Assembly: GCF_009914755.1 (NCBI RefSeq)
Contig: NC_060940.1
DNA: 64,000 bases
Direction: 5' to 3' (one strand)
Origin: the human T2T-CHM13v2.0 reference genome, Homo sapiens
Each line of letters starts with the position of its first letter. The first letter of the stretch is position 1. Positions 37,360 through 64,000 of this stretch are shown one piece after another. The translations under genes and the position numbers were made by a program. Below the pieces are notes generated by a model that ran no database searches, had not been told where the DNA came from, and worked only from the letters and a program-made list of their open reading frames with translations.

Positions 37360-38982
37360 TCAGGTTGCTTGGGGCAAAGGCTCTTTCACCGAGGATGCTA
37401 GTCCTGGAAGACTTCTCCTTCGGCGAGCCGCCAGCTCAATCTTCTGAACCAGGCTCACATCCCAGGGATGGGTCACAAAACTGATGACGGTGCCTGGCAC
37501 CTCGCTCCCCACACGGCCCACTCTCCCTGCTCTGTGGATGTAATCTTGCAGCGTTGGGGGGAAATCATAATTGACAACCAGCTCCACACCAGTGCTGTCC
37601 AGGCCCCGAGAGGCTATGTCTGTGCAGAGAAGTATGTCTCGGGAGCTCTTCTGGAAGGACTGGAAGATTCCTACCCTCATCAAGGCTGGCATTTGCCCCT
37701 GCAACCTTAGGTGTTGGATTTTGTGGTCATCCAGAATATATCCCAGCCAGTTCACAGTGCTGGAGCTATTACAGAACACCAGAACAGTTCCTGAGGGACC
37801 AGTCCTTTCTGCTCTGTCACGATGCTTGAGGATGTGCACCAGCTCGGCCACCTTATCTGCTCCCTTCAGTCTCAGAAATGTCTGTTTCACATGAGGCATG
37901 ATACAGTGGAGCTTGGAGCTGGTGATGGTGGTGACAGCATCTGGGCTGGCGACTTTATTCAGCAACTGGCCTACACCTTCGGGAAATGTGGCTCCTACCA
38001 GCACTAACTGAGCTTTGGGATTGAAGGGGTCTTCCAAGTCAGCTGGGCCTTCTGCTATGTGGCTCTTCTCTAAGATGTAGTCCACCAGTTCCAGGAAGCT
38101 TTCATCCAGCAGTGTGTCTGCCTCATCCAACACCAAGAAGGAGAGTTGCTCCAGACTGATCAGTCGACTTTTCAGGGCCTTCCACAGAGCCCCTGGAGTG
38201 GCCACAAGCACATCTGCTGAAGGCTGTCTGGACAGCTGCAGCCTGATCCTACGCATGCCGTGGCCTCCCTCCAGGTCCCGCACCAGCAGGCCCAAGGAGC
38301 GGCCCAAGGGTTGGGCCACAGCCCGCACCTGTTGGGCCAATTCTCGGGAAGGAACAAGGACCAGGCCTCGGGGCGCGGGGATAGGAAGGGAGTCCAGGCT
38401 TGGCTGGCCCAAGAGCCGTTGAAGCAGCGGCAGGAGGTAGCTGAGAGTCTTGCCACTGCCGGTTTCTGCGGCGCAAACGACATGGCGGCCGCGAAGTAGT
38501 GAGGGGATGGTGCTAGACTGCACGGTTGTGGGCTGAACGACTTCAGGCGCAGCCTCCTGTAGTGCGTGCAGCACACGGGGCTCCAGGCCCAGGTCAGCAA
38601 AGCTGCCCTTAGACGAGAGCTTTCGCACCGCTGGCGCCTCCTGTTGCGCGCGCTCGATGGAGAAGTGGTCCCGACGCGCGCGTCGACTCTTCCAGCCTTG
38701 AGAGGCTAGCGGCGCGCGCTCCCAACGGCCCAGTGTGAGGCGCGCCGGCTGGTTCAACTCCGGCCGCCGCGCCGAAACCAGCAGCGGTCCGGGTCGAACC
38801 AGCACCGGCCTCGGGAGGTTCCGCCGCCTGCTCTGCCGCTGTTCCAACTGCCGCTGTAGAGCCACTGGGATGCGCACCACCGGCAGGGGTTCGTCGGGAC
38901 TGCGGACCGTGAGGCCCCGTCGCGGCGCCAGGAGCAACCGAGTCACGAGGGAAAAGAGCCGCACCGGCCGCGCTAGAGCCAT
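37360..38982 (-). CDS. DDX28: DEAD-box RNA helicase 28 (mitochondrial ribosome assembly), single exon, 540 aa
   Basis: ATG at 38982 (aacATGG). Arg-rich, acid-poor N-terminus; Q motif; AETGSGKT; PSRELAQQ; TPG; DEAD; motif III GAT; TDIASRGLD; HRAGRVGR. 1623 nt uninterrupted. The ORF-track start at 39009 is a GTG. Confidence 0.97.
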   Translation of the reverse strand: MALARPVRLFSLVTRLLLAPRRGLTVRSPDEPLPVVRIPVALQRQLEQRQSRRRNLPRPVLVRPGPLLVSARRPELNQPARLTLGRWERAPLASQGWKSRRARRDHFSIERAQQEAPAVRKLSSKGSFADLGLEPRVLHALQEAAPEVVQPTTVQSSTIPSLLRGRHVVCAAETGSGKTLSYLLPLLQRLLGQPSLDSLPIPAPRGLVLVPSRELAQQVRAVAQPLGRSLGLLVRDLEGGHGMRRIRLQLSRQPSADVLVATPGALWKALKSRLISLEQLSFLVLDEADTLLDESFLELVDYILEKSHIAEGPADLEDPFNPKAQLVLVGATFPEGVGQLLNKVASPDAVTTITSSKLHCIMPHVKQTFLRLKGADKVAELVHILKHRDRAERTGPSGTVLVFCNSSSTVNWLGYILDDHKIQHLRLQGQMPALMRVGIFQSFQKSSRDILLCTDIASRGLDSTGVELVVNYDFPPTLQDYIHRAGRVGRVGSEVPGTVISFVTHPWDVSLVQKIELAARRRRSLPGLASSVKEPLPQAT

Positions 38983-39300
38983 GTTTCCCTTAGTGCGGGA
39001 GAAGCGCACATCAGTGACGTCACGGACGCGCCGCGACCTCGCGTACGGTGGCTGGCGAGGCTCAGTACGGTGTGTGGAGCTGGAGCACCGTGAGGAAGAA
39101 GCGAGGTTCTTTTTAAGAGTTCAGCTGCGAGGTCTGTAGCTCCGAATAGGGGATGGCGACATCCAGACCCGGCCAGCCTTGGGGAAGGGCGCGTCGTGGA
39201 GGCAGGACTGGAGGCTGGCGATACGAGGCGGCAGTGGGGCCTTGACCCAATGGACCATGAGGGCGGAGGGCTTCTGGCGATTGGTTACCTGGTTCCTGGG
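38250..39300. promoter_or_regulatory. CpG island and bidirectional DDX28/DUS2 promoter with palindromic CRE GTGACGTCAC at 39014-39023
   Basis: Dense CpG, head-to-head genes, perfect TGACGTCA at 39015-39022. Confidence 0.85.
39065..39131 (+). other. DUS2: DUS2 non-coding exon 1 (5' end approximate)
   Basis: Donor GAG|gtctgt at 39131/39132 in the CpG island; the TSS cannot be fixed from sequence alone. Confidence 0.6.
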
Positions 39301-39853
39301 ATTCTCTTTAGTTGTTCCTCATTGCCCTGAGATAGCTTGTCCCGTGCTGGTATCCGAGGTTGCAGCTGTTTTCCCAGATGTGTTCCCTGCGCAGGGTCTG
39401 GTAATCCGTGTTTATTGAGAGTTTGAATGAATGATCAGGCCTAGGGGCCGAGACAGGGGTCTGAAGTCATAGATCTGGGCTCAACCCCTCACCCTCTCTG
39501 TCTGTGAGCCCAGAGTGCAAGCTGATGGCTTTCAGCTTCTTCTCTCTCTCAAGTGGGAGATAAGGTCTTCAGGTTTTATTTCAAGTTGGGTCATCTTTTC
39601 TTCACAGTTATTTTCCTTCCTTTTAAGCCAAGGTTCACTCTCTACTCCCTCGTCACGCGTCCCAACTTCTCATCCAGAACCCACCCCTCTTGCAGCCCGC
39701 TCAGCTCCACTGGCTTCCCCGTCAGAAACCTGAATTACCTAAAATAGTAGTAAGAAGGGTGCTGCGACCCTACAAAGTGATCAAGTACGTGGCTTATCAT
39801 GTAGCCCTGGTCAGGCAGAATATTTTACCTGAATTCAGATATTCGGGTTGTAA

Positions 39854-41333
<1,480 letters not shown>

Positions 41334-41644
41334 TTAATATATAGTTGTTTTCTCATTATGCTTGAGTCCTTACAATATGATTACCTCAAAATTTCACAGG
41401 AGTTAGAGCTTGCCTAAGCCTGTCTGTGTCCGTGGCCACTAATTTCTTCTTGTCACATCACTAGACACTGCCTACCTTTTTTCCCCCTCACTCACAGAGG
41501 ACATTGATTAACTTCTAAATGTTTTCTGAGATATTTTTATAAGTAGTGCTTTAGAAATAGGAAAGGTATCCTTATTGTGAAAAAAAATCTAAGCTCCTGA
41601 GATCAGGAGCTTGGTGTGTTCCTTGGATCTCAGTTAATAATGGT

Positions 41645-41765
41645 ATATTCATTCATTCATTCAATCATTCATTCAACAAATACTTCCTGAGCACCACGCA
41701 TGTGCCAGGCATTGGTAGTGAGGAAAACAGCCAAAATCCCTGCCCTTGTGGAGTTTACATTCTGA
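41645..41765 (-). mobile_element. L2 3' end relic
   Basis: (attc)n followed by aacaaatacttcctgagcac...tgtgccaggca. Confidence 0.65.
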
Positions 41766-41774
41766 TTTAATTGA

Positions 41775-53640
<11,866 letters not shown>

Positions 53641-53727
53641 ACCAAAAGAAAATGAAAACTACTGTGTGCTGGAACCTTGAAGAAGGGAAGCCTGCTCTTG
53701 ATAACAGGAGAGATTTTCTTCATTTGA

Positions 53728-57583
<3,856 letters not shown>

Positions 57584-57599
57584 GAGAAATGAGTGATTT

Positions 57600-63362
<5,763 letters not shown>

Positions 63363-63521
63363 TGAGTAGCTGGGATTGCAGGCATGTACCACCATGGCCA
63401 GCTAATTTTTGTATTTTAGTAGAGATGGGGTTTCACCATGTTGGCCAGGATGGTCTTGAACTCCTGACCTCAAGTGATCTGCCTGACTCGGCCTCCCAGA
63501 GTGCTGGGATTATAGACATGA

Positions 63522-63719
<198 letters not shown>

Positions 63720-64000
63720 TAGAGACAAGGTCTCACTTTGTTGCCCAGGCTGGTCTTGAACTCCTGAGCTCAAGTGATCCTCCTGCTTTGGTTTTCTAAA
63801 GTGTAGGGATTACAGACATAAGCCATCATGTCTGGCCAGGGTTTGTTGTTGTTTGTTTGCTTAGTGACTATTCTGAACTAATTTTGTAAGGCCTGTGTTC
63901 TTTGCCATGTGTGGCCTATAAAGTTCTCCTGGGTTAGCTTAATTGTTAGCTAATATTTGGATGGAGATTTCCGTAAATACTTGGAAACAATGAACTTCCC

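Noticed and set aside
38983-39009. 9-aa N-terminal extension of DDX28 from an upstream GTG
   Set aside because: Artefact of alternative-start ORF calling. The ATG at 38982 has a strong Kozak context, and the GTG is likely at or near the transcript 5' end.

Overview
Human (or very close primate) genomic DNA, recognisable as the DPEP2-DPEP2NB-DDX28-DUS2 interval (16q22.1 from recollection). It is extremely Alu-dense, and most short ORFs in the track are Alu read-throughs. Genes reconstructed from splice sites: DPEP2 (minus strand, 10 coding exons, 9000 to 3294, 486 aa); a processed KARS1 pseudogene of the cytosolic isoform split by three Alus (minus, about 20810 to 18211); two-exon DPEP2NB (minus, 123 aa); intronless DDX28 (minus, 540 aa); and the 5' part of DUS2 (plus), head-to-head with DDX28, with two non-coding exons and the first coding exon. 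Also present: a U6 retrocopy nested in a fragmented LTR8, a solo LTR12C with intact TSD, a second ERV1-class solo LTR, L1/L2 relics and microsatellites. I found no convincingly new gene system. The most interesting sequence-level leads are (1) an inverted-Alu-flanked DUS2 exon 2-3 circle that would encode a 70-aa peptide with a novel C-terminus, (2) identical CTCF cores in convergent orientation 47 kb apart, (3) the LTR12C as a possible two-way regulatory element, and (4) a spermatid-type motif cluster at the DPEP2NB promoter. All coordinates were read by eye, and repeat family names are from memory, not RepeatMasker.
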